Below are positions 47,601 through 58,990 of a stretch of DNA of 64,000 nucleotides, piece after piece. Location: NCBI GenBank assembly GCA_965644315.1, contig CBFFRQ010000018.1:1284044-1348043 (forward strand), given 5' to 3'. This stretch comes from Caecitellus pseudoparvulus. Its lineage: Eukaryota; Protista; Bigyra: Bicosoecida. Positions within the stretch are counted from its first letter, which is position 1; each line of letters opens with the position of its first letter. The notes beneath the pieces are model-generated. The model had not been told where the DNA came from. It was given only the letters and a program-made list of their open reading frames with translations, and ran no database searches. A program made the translations under genes and the position numbers.

Positions 47601-48644
47601 GCAGCGCCACTGAGATGCCCACGGTCACCTCCACCGGCAAGACGTCCACCAGCAGGTTCACGATGAAGGCGGGGACGGCGGCGTCCTCCACCACGGAAGC
47701 CACCGTGCGGCTGCCCGTCACGGCGGCGAACGGGAGGGGGTCGTGCAGCGCGCGGGGGATGAGTAGCATCCAGTACACGACGACGATGCCGATGAGGCCC
47801 ATGATGGTCAGCACAGAGGCCACGACGAGGGCCAGGTGGGACCCTGTGAAGCAAGCCTCTTCCCCGCCCAGAGCCTGAGCCAGGAATGAGCCCCGCTCAG
47901 GGTTCGCCGCGACTTCTGCTGGGGAAGGCAGGGGCATGCAGGCAAAGATGCGAGAGCATGCGCCAACAAAGGGAGACAGCAGCACGGTGGACGTCACGAG
48001 GGCTAGCCCCTTCCAGACGCCTGCAGCGATGTACCGAGTTGGGTCGGCCGAAACGCCGCTGGACGATGCCGCCGGCTTGCGCGTGGCGTAAACGGCCTCC
48101 TTGCCCCTGTGCGAGACGCGGAGGGGTGCCTTGTGCATAAAGTGAATCGAGCTGCTTGCGTTGGCAACGCAAGGGGCGTGCCAAGGCGCCACGGGCACTC
48201 TTGCGTGGACGGCTGCACGCGTCGCCGGCGACGGGCAGCAACGCCTTCTCAGACCACTTACGCTGCGCCGCGATGCCGGAGAAGGGAAGCCAGGAACACG
48301 AGCATGCCCAGAGTCCAGGCAGCTGCAATGATGAACAGCACCAGCTGGGCATTGGGGTCGTAGTGCACGTCAAGGCGGGCGCCTGTCACGAGGACGAAGT
48401 AGGGTGGAGTGTCGGCGAGGTAGGCTGATCTGGGAGCCAGGACAGACGCCGTCACGGCAGTGTTCAAGGTGGCCTGCAGGGTCGTGATGCCCAGGAGGAT
48501 CCACAGCAACATGGAGGGTGGGTGAGCTGTCCCCAGCGTGGACACTACCAGCTCCGGCAAGCTGTAGCTCAGCAGGCCGCCCAGCCCCGTGGCGGCCAGC
48601 CCGGCCGTCGTCTCGCCATCGCCCACATTGCCCACGTCAGCCAT
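41608..48644 (-). CDS. TmcB/TmcC-like (tiny macrocysts) PAS-domain multi-pass membrane protein, about 2300 aa; start uncertain
   Basis: N-terminal TM bundle, TPR-like AEYHFRRML..FANFL..LHDEEEA, PAS GSILDANAAACRVFG..DLVG..ITRLLPPP, two C-terminal TM-loop-TM units. Intron 48261-48107 (GTAAGT..CACAG) links the upstream exon. Confidence 0.75.
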
Positions 48645-49348
48645 TCTGGCAGAGAAGGCGGGGACCGAGAGAACAGTGTGAGGTGCGCCTCCGCCAGGGG
48701 CATGGTGTGCAGCTGGCGCCGGCGTATCTTGCGGAATGTGGGCCATCTCCCCATCTGCACATGGCACGGTAGCAACCGCTGCGAAACACCACAACTTGAC
48801 TGCCACATACTCCATAGCAGCTCCCGCTTGAACTAGAACTTCGGTGGAGAGACCCCCTCTTTGCCACCCTTTGCGTGGGCTTGCTTCCCCGCTCTGCAGC
48901 TGCGGCGGGCTGCGGACGGGCGCCTGCGGAAATTGGGCCTGCCTCCCGATCACCATGACTCTGGCCAGGAAAGACGCGCGCGACGAACTTGCCTTGCACT
49001 TTGGCCCCAGTCTAGATGAGGTAGGTGCTTCCTCATCGACCTCGTTGGCTTTCTGCTTGACAGGCCTCCCAGCACACCCCGTGCGCTGTGGGGAATGCTC
49101 AGCAGGGTTCAGGCGGCTGCCGGAGCTCCCACCCTGCCGGGGCACGGAAACCACAGCGGCGAGTGAGCTGGGCGTAGTGGGAGCTGCCTTGGTGTCCTTA
49201 CAATGTGTTTGCGTTGTGCGTGTGGTTTTGCGCCAGGGCTGCTTGACGCCTTGTGATTCGGGTGCTCTTTGCTCGCTCGTGCTGCGCCGCAACGCGACCA
49301 CTTTCCGCATCACGTCGCGCCCCTCTCCAGGCTGAATCTGAACAGGCC

Positions 49349-50032
49349 ATGTACTCCAGCACGACGTCCATGCCTTGTGAAGGTTTGCTGCTGCTGCTCA
49401 AGGCCGCACAAGACGACGAAGGCGCTGTCGGCACGCCAGCCACCTCCCCTGGCGTGCCTGTGCCGCCGGCTGCAGCGCCGGCCCCCGCCCAGCCCAGCCC
49501 TCACCCCACAGCCCCACGAGCGACACAGGAGGCCCCTCCCTCCCCCCATGTGCGCTACCCCCCTGTCAGCACGCCGTCCGTGACCCCTGCCCGGCAGGAA
49601 GTGACCCCCCGCCTCACACAAGCCTTCGCCAGCCCAGGCCTAGCCCCCCACCTCATGGAGCAGCAGGGAGCAGTGTACCACCAGCACCACCACCCCGCTG
49701 CAGGCGGGGGCTACGCCCCTGTCCCGCCTGCCATGGCCTACAATGGCATGGCGCGTGGTGCCCAGCTTGTGCACCACCCTGCTTTGCTGGCGCAAGGCAT
49801 GCAGCGCGCCCAGGCTATGTACGGCATGCCCAGCCCGTATGGAGGGGGCTTCGTGCCGCCCCCGCAGACCATGGCTGCCGCAGCACAGCACCACATGCCC
49901 ATGGCACCACACATGCACGGCCACATGCACGGGCACATGCAGGCACAAGCCCAGGCCCAGGCTCAAGCCCAGGCCGTGGCCCGCGTGACAGCAGCCAGGG
50001 CGCAGTACTTGCATGGGCAGGCGACGGCTTGA
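49349..50032 (+). CDS. Low-complexity P/Q/H/M-rich protein with N-terminal LLLLLKAA helix; possible transcriptional regulator
   Basis: Host-like codon usage; (HMHG)n and (QA)n repeats; no recognisable folded domain. Confidence 0.5.
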   Translation: MYSSTTSMPCEGLLLLLKAAQDDEGAVGTPATSPGVPVPPAAAPAPAQPSPHPTAPRATQEAPPSPHVRYPPVSTPSVTPARQEVTPRLTQAFASPGLAPHLMEQQGAVYHQHHHPAAGGGYAPVPPAMAYNGMARGAQLVHHPALLAQGMQRAQAMYGMPSPYGGGFVPPPQTMAAAAQHHMPMAPHMHGHMHGHMQAQAQAQAQAQAVARVTAARAQYLHGQATA

Positions 50033-50229
50033 GGGGCAGGCAGGGGGGCCCATCGCCCGCAGCCTCCCTTGGACGGGGGCTGCAGGTGCGCAGTCTGAGT
50101 CAAATGCAAATTCTTACACACAACAGCCAGCAGGGAGACGCTCTGCGCACGTGTGACCAGCTGTCTGCCGAGTGCCAGTCGAGGTGAGCCCCCTCCTTCC
50201 CTGCCGAGCTGACTGCAGACTTGACCAAG

Positions 50230-50993
50230 ATGGCGGCGAGCAAGGACAACCCTCGGGTGTTCTTTGATATCACTGCAGACAAGCAGCGCCTGGGACGCAT
50301 TGTGATGGAGGTGCGGCGCTGCCGGTCAAAACGCAGGCGAAACGGTTGCACAACCAGGCGACCGCGCTTCCCCTCGCAGCTGCGGGCAGATGTCGCGCCC
50401 AAGACAGCAGAGAACTTCCGGGCGTTGTGCACGGGTGAGAAGGGGGTAGGGCAATCAGGGAAGCCTTTGCACTTCAAGGTGAGGCTGCGAGGCAGCAGCA
50501 CAGCCAGCTTTTGTTGCACAGCGCGCATTCCCTCCCCTGCCCACGCTCCCAGGGCTCTGTCTTCCACCGCATCATCCCTGGCTTCATGTGCCAGGGTGGT
50601 GACTTCACCCGTGGCAACGGCACCGGCGGCGAGAGCATCTACGGCGAGAAGTTCGAGGACGAGAACTTCACCTTGACGCACACTGGCCCTGGCATCCTGT
50701 CCATGGCCAACGCCGGCCCCAACACCAACGGCTCCCAGTTCTTCCTCTGCACCGCTGAAACAGGTTGGCTGGACGGCAAGCACGTCGTGTTCGGCTCTGT
50801 CGTGGAAGGGTACAAGGAGGTGGTCCTGGCCATGGAGCGCCTGGGGTCGGAGAGTGGCAGCGTGGCCAAGCGCGTCGCCATCGCCGACTGCGGCCAGCTG
50901 GACGCAGAGGGACAGAAGATGCATTTCGACATTCCGGAGGCACAAGGCGGTGATGGTGCTGCAGATGAGGGCGGGTGCTGTGTGGTGCAATGA
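50230..50993 (+). CDS. Cyclophilin-type peptidyl-prolyl isomerase with C-terminal CCVVQ
   Basis: [64 protein letters not shown]. Introns 50311-50379 and 50479-50552. Confidence 0.97.
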
Positions 50994-51030
50994 ACACCGC
51001 TTGCGTCCTTCCCCAGGCAACGCTGCAACA

Positions 51031-52965
51031 CTACACCCCCTGCTGCCTCGCCTGCGCTGCACGGCTGGCTCGCCACTTGACATCACCCCCTTGTCCAACC
51101 CCGAAGCCATGGGGGCTCGCGGTGGCCGGAGAGGGAGGGTAGCCCATGGAGGGGGGGCCTTGTCTGGCCGCGCCGACCCTACTCCCAGCGAGCTGTGGGA
51201 AATCGGCGTAGGCAGTGGCCTCTTGGGGGGGCGCTTGCACACGCCCACCAAGCATGCCTTGGCTGGGGTAGGGCTGTGGAGCGGGGTGAGTGGCTTGTTG
51301 TTCCCCAGCCACGCTCCAGCCCGCCCCCGCCGCCTGGGGCGAGGCAGCCCAGCCACGCTGGCCCGCCCCACAACTGATGTACTCGTCACTGACCATGGTG
51401 GGGCCACCTCTTGTCGCTGGCGGCGTGCTCTGCCAGGCTCCACTTATCGGCTGCTCTCTACCAGCTGTCGCATGTGGAGCGGCGGCAAAACTGGAGTAGT
51501 CTGTGTGCACGACAGCTGAGCCACTGCTCGTGGCTGCTGGGGATGGATGCCAGCCCGCCGCTGATGGCTGGGCGGGGGTGACCATGCCGGAGGGGCCGAA
51601 GCTGGTGTACTCCAAACTCATCGCGGGGCCGCCTGGGCTTGGCATGGGTTGCTTGCTAGGGCCCCCTGCGAAGTGGCCTGTGTGCGAGGCGCCAGGGGCA
51701 GCATGGTGCCCAGCGGCTGCACTGGCCTGGAAGTGCTGCGATGGTGTCTGGAAGGCTGGGCTGGCGCCATGCAAGCCTGCCGAGCTGGCCGGGTGGTGCG
51801 CGTGGCGCTGGCCGGTCATGACTGGGGCGTACACGCTTTCCACGCTAGTTGCACGAGCTGGCGGCAGCTGTGGCTCGTCAAAGCCCCAGGAGGTCGGCCC
51901 AGAGCCCAAATCGGACGGCTGCCAGCTGCTTGGCGCCAAGTCGCGACCGTCGCTCCCAATGCCCCGCACATGCTGCACGACCCTGCTGGGTGCTTGTGGG
52001 CGGGAACTCCCCCCGGGAAAGCCGCCGAGGGCAGAGGGACTTGAATCATGGCCCTGTGACTCCTGGGAGTCCACATTGCTGTTGCAGAATGCTTGCACCC
52101 TCTGCATCAAGCGGTTCTGCTCCCATGGCGCCAGCAAGGCACGCAGCACCTCTGGGACCTGGCGGGGGATGGGCTTGACAGCGTGCAGAGGCACGTTGGC
52201 CAGGAGCTGAGAGACGTTACGGAAGACATTGGACTTTCCAAACTCGTCCAGAGACACGGCAATGGAGGTTGCCGACGCGGAGAGGTGCAGCAACACCTTG
52301 CGCACGATCAAGCCCTGCCCCGCCGCCTGGGCGTACTGCAGCACGAGTTTGCCCGGCAGATTGCTGCTCAGGCGGAGGAGGTAGTCGCCATCCTGGATGT
52401 CAGGGTGCTGGAAGGTGTCCTTGATCTCATCGGAGCTCAGCGTGCCGTGGAAGCCAGCAACCAGGCACCCGTTGGCAGTGAGCACATCGCACGCCTGCAG
52501 GGCAACGTACCGGACAACCGTGCAAGGGGAGCAGGCACTTCGAAGCGCGGGCACTCACGTTCTGAAAGCATGCGGGAGGGGGGCCAAAGGCAGCACAGAA
52601 GCGCTTCCACTGAGCAGGAAAGAAAGCAAGGCGCGGTGTGCTGGGCTGAGCGAGACAGCAGCTTGTGCAGAGCCAGTACAGCACGCACGTGGTCCATGGT
52701 GACGTTGCTCTCGCCTGGGTCAGCCAGGAGAACCCCCAGCACGATCATTGGGAGGAGCTTACTTGGGGCATCAAATGGGAAGGCTTTACCCTGCGAGGGG
52801 GGGGGAAGGCCCCTGTGCAGCCAGCCCAATCACTGGCGCTAGCGCTGTTGCGGAATTCAACACCCGTTCCCTGACACCCACCTGCAGAGCAGCGATGAAG
52901 TCGTCCCTTCGCACGCTAAATTTCCCAAAGTCCAGTGCATTCCAGTATGCTTCCACTTCTGTCAT
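51031..52965 (-). CDS. EF-hand-like plus SH2 domain protein (Cbl-TKB/Shk-type module) with disordered Tyr-motif tail; 4 exons, start uncertain
   Basis: Spliced product (introns 52881-52791, 52688-~52610, ~52558-52496): YWNAL..V..DDFIAAL..NVTMDHWKRFCAAFGP..FHGTLSSDEIK..GDYLLRLSSNLPGKLVLQY. Confidence 0.75.
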
Positions 52966-53383
52966 GGCGCCCGGCTCCCCGCCCGACGGGGAATCCACGC
53001 TCGAGAAATGGCTCAGCAACCCCTGGGAATGGTACCGAGGCCACGGCCCCTGCGGCCGCCACCGTAACTGGTGCGGTGATAGAGAGCAGTAGGATACGAC
53101 AGAGAGACAAGTAGGTGAGGGATGCGTGGCTTTATGTGTTTGTGGTGTAGCGTTCGTTGGCCGGAGTCTCAAGGAGTGCAGCCGGCAACCACATCGATCG
53201 CACTCTGTCTTCCTGCGCAAGGCTGCACCCCTCGCTGCCCCCCATCCCCCTGCACATTCTCTGAAGCCTGTGTCACATGCATCATTCTCTTCAGGCAGTG
53301 TAAAGCGGGAGGTGGCTGCATTCAGCTCCAACCGCAGATGAACTCCTGTGCACGCCTCCTTTCACTCACAACAACGGGCAAGC

Positions 53384-55189
53384 TCAGTATGCGCGGCCAA
53401 TGAGGGCGATGTGCGTCGCAGGCTTGCCTGAAACAATGCAAGGCTTGCCTGCTAGCGCCTGCACAGCGGCCGGCACCTCCTCCTGCGCCTGTGGCTTCAA
53501 GACCCCGCCTGGGTTCAACAGGGCGGGCAAGCAACGCACAGTGAGCTTGGTGCGTGCCTGCAACTCAGCCTCGTGTGCCGCAGCATCTGCCCATGGCACT
53601 GCATACCACCCCAAGGGGGCCACCTGTTCCAGGCTGGCTCCCAGCCCGGTGTCCCCAGGCACGCTGGAGTGCCCCACGAGGGAGCTGGCCGAGGCAGGAA
53701 TGTCCCCTTCCCACCCCGCAATACACTTCGACCCGCCAGCACGAGGGGTGCTGGCAGACTTCCCCTCCTCCCCATCGTCCTCCTGTGCTTGGTTCGGGTG
53801 AATGCGAAGGGCCTGCAGATGCCCCTCAACTTCCGACAGGGTGCTGGCGCAGTACGTGCGACGGCGCTGCCTGTGGCCGCTGCGAAGGCGGAGAGAGGCC
53901 GCCACGTCGTCCAGCACCGCCTGCACGTCGGCAGCCGTGTGTGAGGAGGTCAGGGAAATGCTACTCGAGCTGCGGTCCAGGCGAGACACGGCGCTGGCCT
54001 GGCCGGCAGCCACCTCCCGTGCCCCCAGGACCAGGCGGAGGGGCACGCCTCTGCGCTCCCACTCAAAGAAACGCTGCCCAGGGCGCACGTGTGTCCGGTC
54101 GTCCAGCGCGACCCGCAGCCCAGCCTTAGTCAATGCAGAGTGCAGCGCTCGCCCAGCCTCCACGACGGCCTCGGCGCTGGGACCTGGCTTCCCCTTGGGG
54201 GGTGCCAAGCACACGATGGCAACTTGCTGGGGAGCGATGCCGGGGGGGATGATGGCGCCAGTGTCGTCTCCGTGGCTCATGAGCACAGCCCCCAGCAGGC
54301 GTGTGCTGACCCCCCACGACGTGGCCCACACGTGCTCCTGGCTGCCCGGCGCGTGCGCCGGCTCAAACGACACGCCAAACGCCTTCGAGAAGTTCTGCCC
54401 CAGGTCATGCGACGTGCCGCTCTGCAGAGCCCACCCATTGCTCATCATGGCTTCGATGGTGTACGTCGCCTCCGCGCCGGCAAAGCGCTCCCCCTCAGGC
54501 TTTGCCCCTTCCACCACAGGCAGGCTGAGCACCTCCCGTGCAAAGGCGGCGTACAGCTTGCACATGTCGCTGGCGGTGGCAGCAGCTTCCTCTGCACTCG
54601 CGTGGGCTGTGTGGCCCTCTTGCCACAAGAACTCAGACGTGCGAAGGAAGGGCCGCGTGTGCATCTCCCACCGCAGCACGTTGGCCCACTGGTTGATGCG
54701 CAGCGGCAGATCAGCGTGGCTGTGGATCCACCGACCAAAGCTGTGCCAAACCATCGTCTCGGACGTAGGGCGGATGACAAGAGGCTCAGCCAGTTCGGAA
54801 GCGGGGTCAGGGCGCACCTCCTTCGTGGCAGCGTCCACACTCAATCTGTGGTGCGTGACTACAGCGCACTCTGTCGCGAAGCCCTCCACGTGCGCAGCCT
54901 CTTTGGCGAAGAAGGACTGGGGAATCAGCAGGGGGAAGTACGCATTTTGCACCCCTTCAGCCTTGAACCTCGCATCCAGCTGCCGCTGCAGCGCTTCCCA
55001 CATCGCGTATCCATTCGGCTTCAGCACCAGGCAGCCCTTCACTGGCGAAGAGTCCACCAGGTCAGCACTGGCAATGATGTCCCGGTACCATTCTGGAAAG
55101 TTGGTGCTCCTCGCTGCTGGGGCGGCATGTGTGCTCAGCCAGGCACGCATGGGCTGCCTCCAGCGCCCCGCTGCCAATCGCGCAGCCAT
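53384..55189 (-). CDS. proS: Prolyl-tRNA synthetase, eukaryote/archaeal type, probably organelle-targeted
   Basis: IRPTSET, NQWANVLRWE, RTSEFLWQEGHT, QSGTSHDLGQNF, SWGVSTR, terminal GRAY; Arg-rich N-terminal extension. Confidence 0.97.
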   Translation of the reverse strand: MAARLAAGRWRQPMRAWLSTHAAPAARSTNFPEWYRDIIASADLVDSSPVKGCLVLKPNGYAMWEALQRQLDARFKAEGVQNAYFPLLIPQSFFAKEAAHVEGFATECAVVTHHRLSVDAATKEVRPDPASELAEPLVIRPTSETMVWHSFGRWIHSHADLPLRINQWANVLRWEMHTRPFLRTSEFLWQEGHTAHASAEEAAATASDMCKLYAAFAREVLSLPVVEGAKPEGERFAGAEATYTIEAMMSNGWALQSGTSHDLGQNFSKAFGVSFEPAHAPGSQEHVWATSWGVSTRLLGAVLMSHGDDTGAIIPPGIAPQQVAIVCLAPPKGKPGPSAEAVVEAGRALHSALTKAGLRVALDDRTHVRPGQRFFEWERRGVPLRLVLGAREVAAGQASAVSRLDRSSSSISLTSSHTAADVQAVLDDVAASLRLRSGHRQRRRTYCASTLSEVEGHLQALRIHPNQAQEDDGEEGKSASTPRAGGSKCIAGWEGDIPASASSLVGHSSVPGDTGLGASLEQVAPLGWYAVPWADAAAHEAELQARTKLTVRCLPALLNPGGVLKPQAQEEVPAAVQALAGKPCIVSGKPATHIALIGRAY

Positions 55190-55569
55190 CTCGGAAACTC
55201 GCGTGAAACGCGCACCGGCCAGGCGCAGCCCGGCAACCTTGCAGAGAGAGCATGTACCGGTGAGGATGGGGTGTGATTAGGTCGATGGCGGGTTGGGTGC
55301 CGTACTTTGTGTGATCCACAAGCAATTGAAGTCGGGGTCTGTAAAAAGATGAGAAATATAGGTGCCCGTACCGTCCACGAAAGCTATGTATACCTGGCCC
55401 TACACTTGCCACCCCGCGACAAATGCATATCCCCTGACAAAACCATTGGTAAGGAGGACCACCGGATAAACACACCCGCGACTCCTGATTTACGTCTTTT
55501 TTCTCTTCTTACTGGAAGTTCGTGGAAAGCTGTATAGTTCGCCTGCACAAGCTGGGCTTGGGCCTCTCC

Positions 55570-56601
55570 ATGTCAGCCCAAACAGTTGTAGCTTCCAACG
55601 TGGCGGCAACGCCAGCAACAAGCAAGGGCGAATCATATCGTGCTGTGGTGGCCTTCCTTCCCGACTCCACTTGGTTCCACGGTGCGCTGGCGTGACTGCG
55701 GTAATTGCTGCCTGCCTACCTCAGCACTTTGGCTTTCGACTCTGCAGGCATCATGGTGCACGAAGGGACGCGGGAGGAATTCGCCCTGGTAGGAGCAGAG
55801 TACACCCATCAGTGCCCATGCCTGATGGACACTGATGGCAGCGTGGACCAAGTGCTGTACGCTTTGCAGCTATCCCACACGTCTGGTGCGAGGTTCAGGT
55901 GTGATGTGCTGCGCAGCGGCGGCACCCTTGCGAGCTTGACAGGGAAACACTTTACATTCGAAACAAACACTGCGCTGACAGATGGGCCAGGTGTGGCAGC
56001 TGCCCGGCGCGTGCTGCCAAGCTTAGCTGGCGTGGTCAGCGATACGACTCTCGCCGCGAGCGCCGTGTGTGTTGGCCGGTGCCACGTACAGGCCAGCATG
56101 CCGCTGGAAGAAGCAAGGGAGCTCGCACAGGCCGCCACCCGCCAGCCAGAGCAGGGATCATCTGCTGCCGAGCACCTGCACCGCATCGCTGAGCTGCAGG
56201 ACGGAGTGGTTTTCGACGACTGCCATGCTTGCGTGTCGCCAGGCAACCCACTCCACGCCGTCACCGCCGTCCCACTGCCTACTGGCGTCTCTGACTTCGC
56301 CCTCACCTCCGCAGGCGAAGAACCTGCTTGTCAGACTGCAGCGGCCACCTCGCGAGGCAGGGGGCGCCTTCGCCGGCCTCGCAAACGGCCTGCTGCTTCG
56401 CACCCGCCCCCGCCCGCCCCCAGCGGGCACCGTGACCGCATCCTGCCAGCCCCTCTCACAAAGGTGGTACACGAGCGACTGAAGGACGGTATGGAAGTTG
56501 CATGGGTGGCAGTGCGCCCACAGGGGCAGGGGCGAGCACCCAAGCGCCCTCGCAAGTTGGAGAAACGCGCGCACCGCGCAGCGGTCACCTCTCGCGCGTG
56601 A
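55570..56601 (+). CDS. Hypothetical protein (about 321 aa) with basic NLS-like C-terminus
   Basis: ATG 55570 plus intron 55682-55747 joins the 55705-56601 ORF; no family recognised. Confidence 0.55.
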
Positions 56602-58371
56602 TGCGGTGGGCATCGTTGTTGAGACCCATAATGTACTCGAGTTTGGCCATGATCTCTGCCCGCTCGTACGCTGAGCGAGCTTCGTAGTTCAGCGTGATGA
56701 GGCTGTCGGGAGAGCCCTCCACGAAGGTAATGGCAAAAGCGACCTGGGGCTTGTCGTTCTTCACCAGCACTCGGTGAATGCTGGTGACCAAGCGCTCAGC
56801 ATTCACCGTCTGGTGTGACAGCAAGCGGCGCTTCTCAACCTTGCGGTTCGTGATGCGCTCCAAGTCGATGCCCATGAGGCGCACTTGCCGACGGCCACGG
56901 GTGTTGATCTTCACCACCTCCCACTCCTTGAACTCCGAGGCAGTGAGGATGTTGTGGGAGAAGCCACCTCCACCTTGGGTCGAAGAGGGGGTCACCGGCA
57001 CGCCGCCTGCTGCGCCGGCATCTGCTGAGCGCAGCAGGCCACCCACACCCACGCTCGCGCTGCTGCTGGCAGCGTGCATCAACTTGCGCTGGGCACCGCC
57101 AGCTGTGGGCGGGCTGTCAGCAAACACGCGCCGTGTCAGCTGGACCTGTTCCAGTCCCAGGTCCGCCACCACCGCGTCAAGAGGCAGCACCTTGGAGGTG
57201 CTCTTCAGGCGCTGCTGGTCCGCTGCGCTAATTACCAGCTGAAAGTCATCGTGGAACAAGGAGAAGCGGTACTCCTTGGCACAGAGCTCCAGGACCTTGC
57301 GCACGGTCATACCCTGCTTCAGCAGCACCTCAGCCATGAAGCCTGCAGGGTCTGGCACTGCTCCGGGCGGGCCAGACCCTGCAGCCGGCTGGCCCCCAAC
57401 AGAAATGTGCACGCGCAGCTTGGGGCCAGCGCCCCCCTCGCCCCCCTTCGCGGACAGGAAGGCCTGCAGCTTGGAGGGTATGGGGCAAAGGACGTACTCG
57501 TTCACAGCCTGCCGGCCGTAGTTCCGGATTTTGCGCGTGCGGTCCAGGGCGGGGAAGTCATCGTCGGGCTCGCCGTCCCCATCGTGCAGGCGCAGCTCGT
57601 AGCAGGTGCTGTCGCCCTGCAGGCCCCTGTCCTTGTCCCTGCACTCACGCACGACCTCGGTGAGGGTCTCCCCCACGGAGCACTCCTCGGGCACTGCCAG
57701 CTGCACCGTGGTCTTGTCGGGCAGGTAGATGCGCAGGGTCAGCTTGCCAGCCCGGCCTGACTCCGCAGCCTTTGCGCGCAGGGCTTCTCCAAGGCCCCCC
57801 GCCGACCCTTCCCCTGACCTAGCCGAGTGAAGGGGCTCTCTCTTGAAGTCAGCCGGGCTGGATGGCGCAAGCTGTGACTCCTGGCCAGGAGGACGCGGCC
57901 TTGACGTTGCCGGCAGCATGGAGCCAGGCACGGCGGTGCCGATCGTCTTTGATGCCGCGGCAAGGGAATCGCTGCGGGCATCAACATCATCTCCTGGTCG
58001 GGAAAATACGGTTGCTTCTCTCCCTCGTGCGGTCTGTGAATGGGGGAGTGGGCAGACGCATGCCGCATCGACCACGCCTTGGGAGTGGCACTGCGACGCA
58101 CCGAGTCGCCGCGAGCTCGCCCTGAGGCATCTTCTTCTTGTGCAAAGGAAACGCTTGGACCGGAGGAGCTGGGCGCATGGCTTGTCGCAGCAAAATCCTT
58201 GGAGTACCACACGCCGCTGGGGGGTGGCACTGCGGCAGAGAGCACCTGCTGGTGTGGCAGCACTCCCCCCGCATACGCGTTCCAGGAAGAGTGCAAAGCC
58301 AGTGGAAGGAGCTGCCCCTTGCTCGCCAGGCCAATGACGCTGGCCAGCTCAGATGCCTCAGACACTTGCAT
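56585..58371 (-). CDS. SIN1: TORC2 subunit SIN1/Avo1; 5' structure uncertain
   Basis: CRIM block YELRLHDGDGEPDDDFPALDRTRKI, RBD-like segment, PH domain FKEWEVVKIN..RLMGID..AEIMAKLEYI. Possible start MQVSEASEL at 58371 lies in another frame and would need an intron. Confidence 0.85.
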
Positions 58372-58990
58372 GCTTGCAGACCAAGAAAGCGGCCGCCACG
58401 TGCCGAGCTCGAAACGCGAGTGAAACTTGCCAATTCCCTCCGAAGGGAGATGGGGCAGAAAAGTGGGGCACAAGCAACACGCACTTGCTCAGAGGCAAGC
58501 CTCACCAAACAGTGTGCGGAGGAATGTGCTCCATAAGGCGGTATGCATGCCTGACAGTCGTGCGCTGCGGGTGAAGGAGATGGTCTCCACACTCGACTAT
58601 CTCAGCGGGGCGCAGAAGACACTCGGCTCTGGCGGGGCGCAGCCGGGATGGCCAGCCCAAATTCATGCAACCCTGGGCGCACCGCACGCTTGGCAGAGTC
58701 GAAGAAGTTGGCCTGCATGCTTACATGTGCTCCAGCCTCACAATACCCGGCAAACCATGAAAAGCGCACAGACTGGCACCCGCTGCCGCGCCGTTGAAAC
58801 AGGAATCACCGAGGGGCGCCTTGTCAGCGGCGGCAACAGGGCCTCCAACCCTGCCCCCCGCACGCTGCCCCGCCTCCTCTACACGCTTGCATGCCTGGCA
58901 TACACCCTCCAAGGCGCCAGGTGCGTGGGGGTCTCTTGGCTGCCGCGCAAACAGGGCGTGCATGTTGCCTGTTGAAGCTGTGCCGTCCGG

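Noticed and set aside
53802-55280. 492-aa and 395-aa plus-strand ORFs
   Set aside because: Antisense shadows of ProRS.
25442-58371. Apparent signalling cluster (INPP4, DHHC, CaaX cyclophilin, SH2 protein, SIN1)
   Set aside because: Interspersed with unrelated housekeeping genes; no evidence of functional clustering without synteny data.
58427-58975. 182-aa ORF next to the left TIR
   Set aside because: No motifs or clear gene structure; cannot be supported as a gene.
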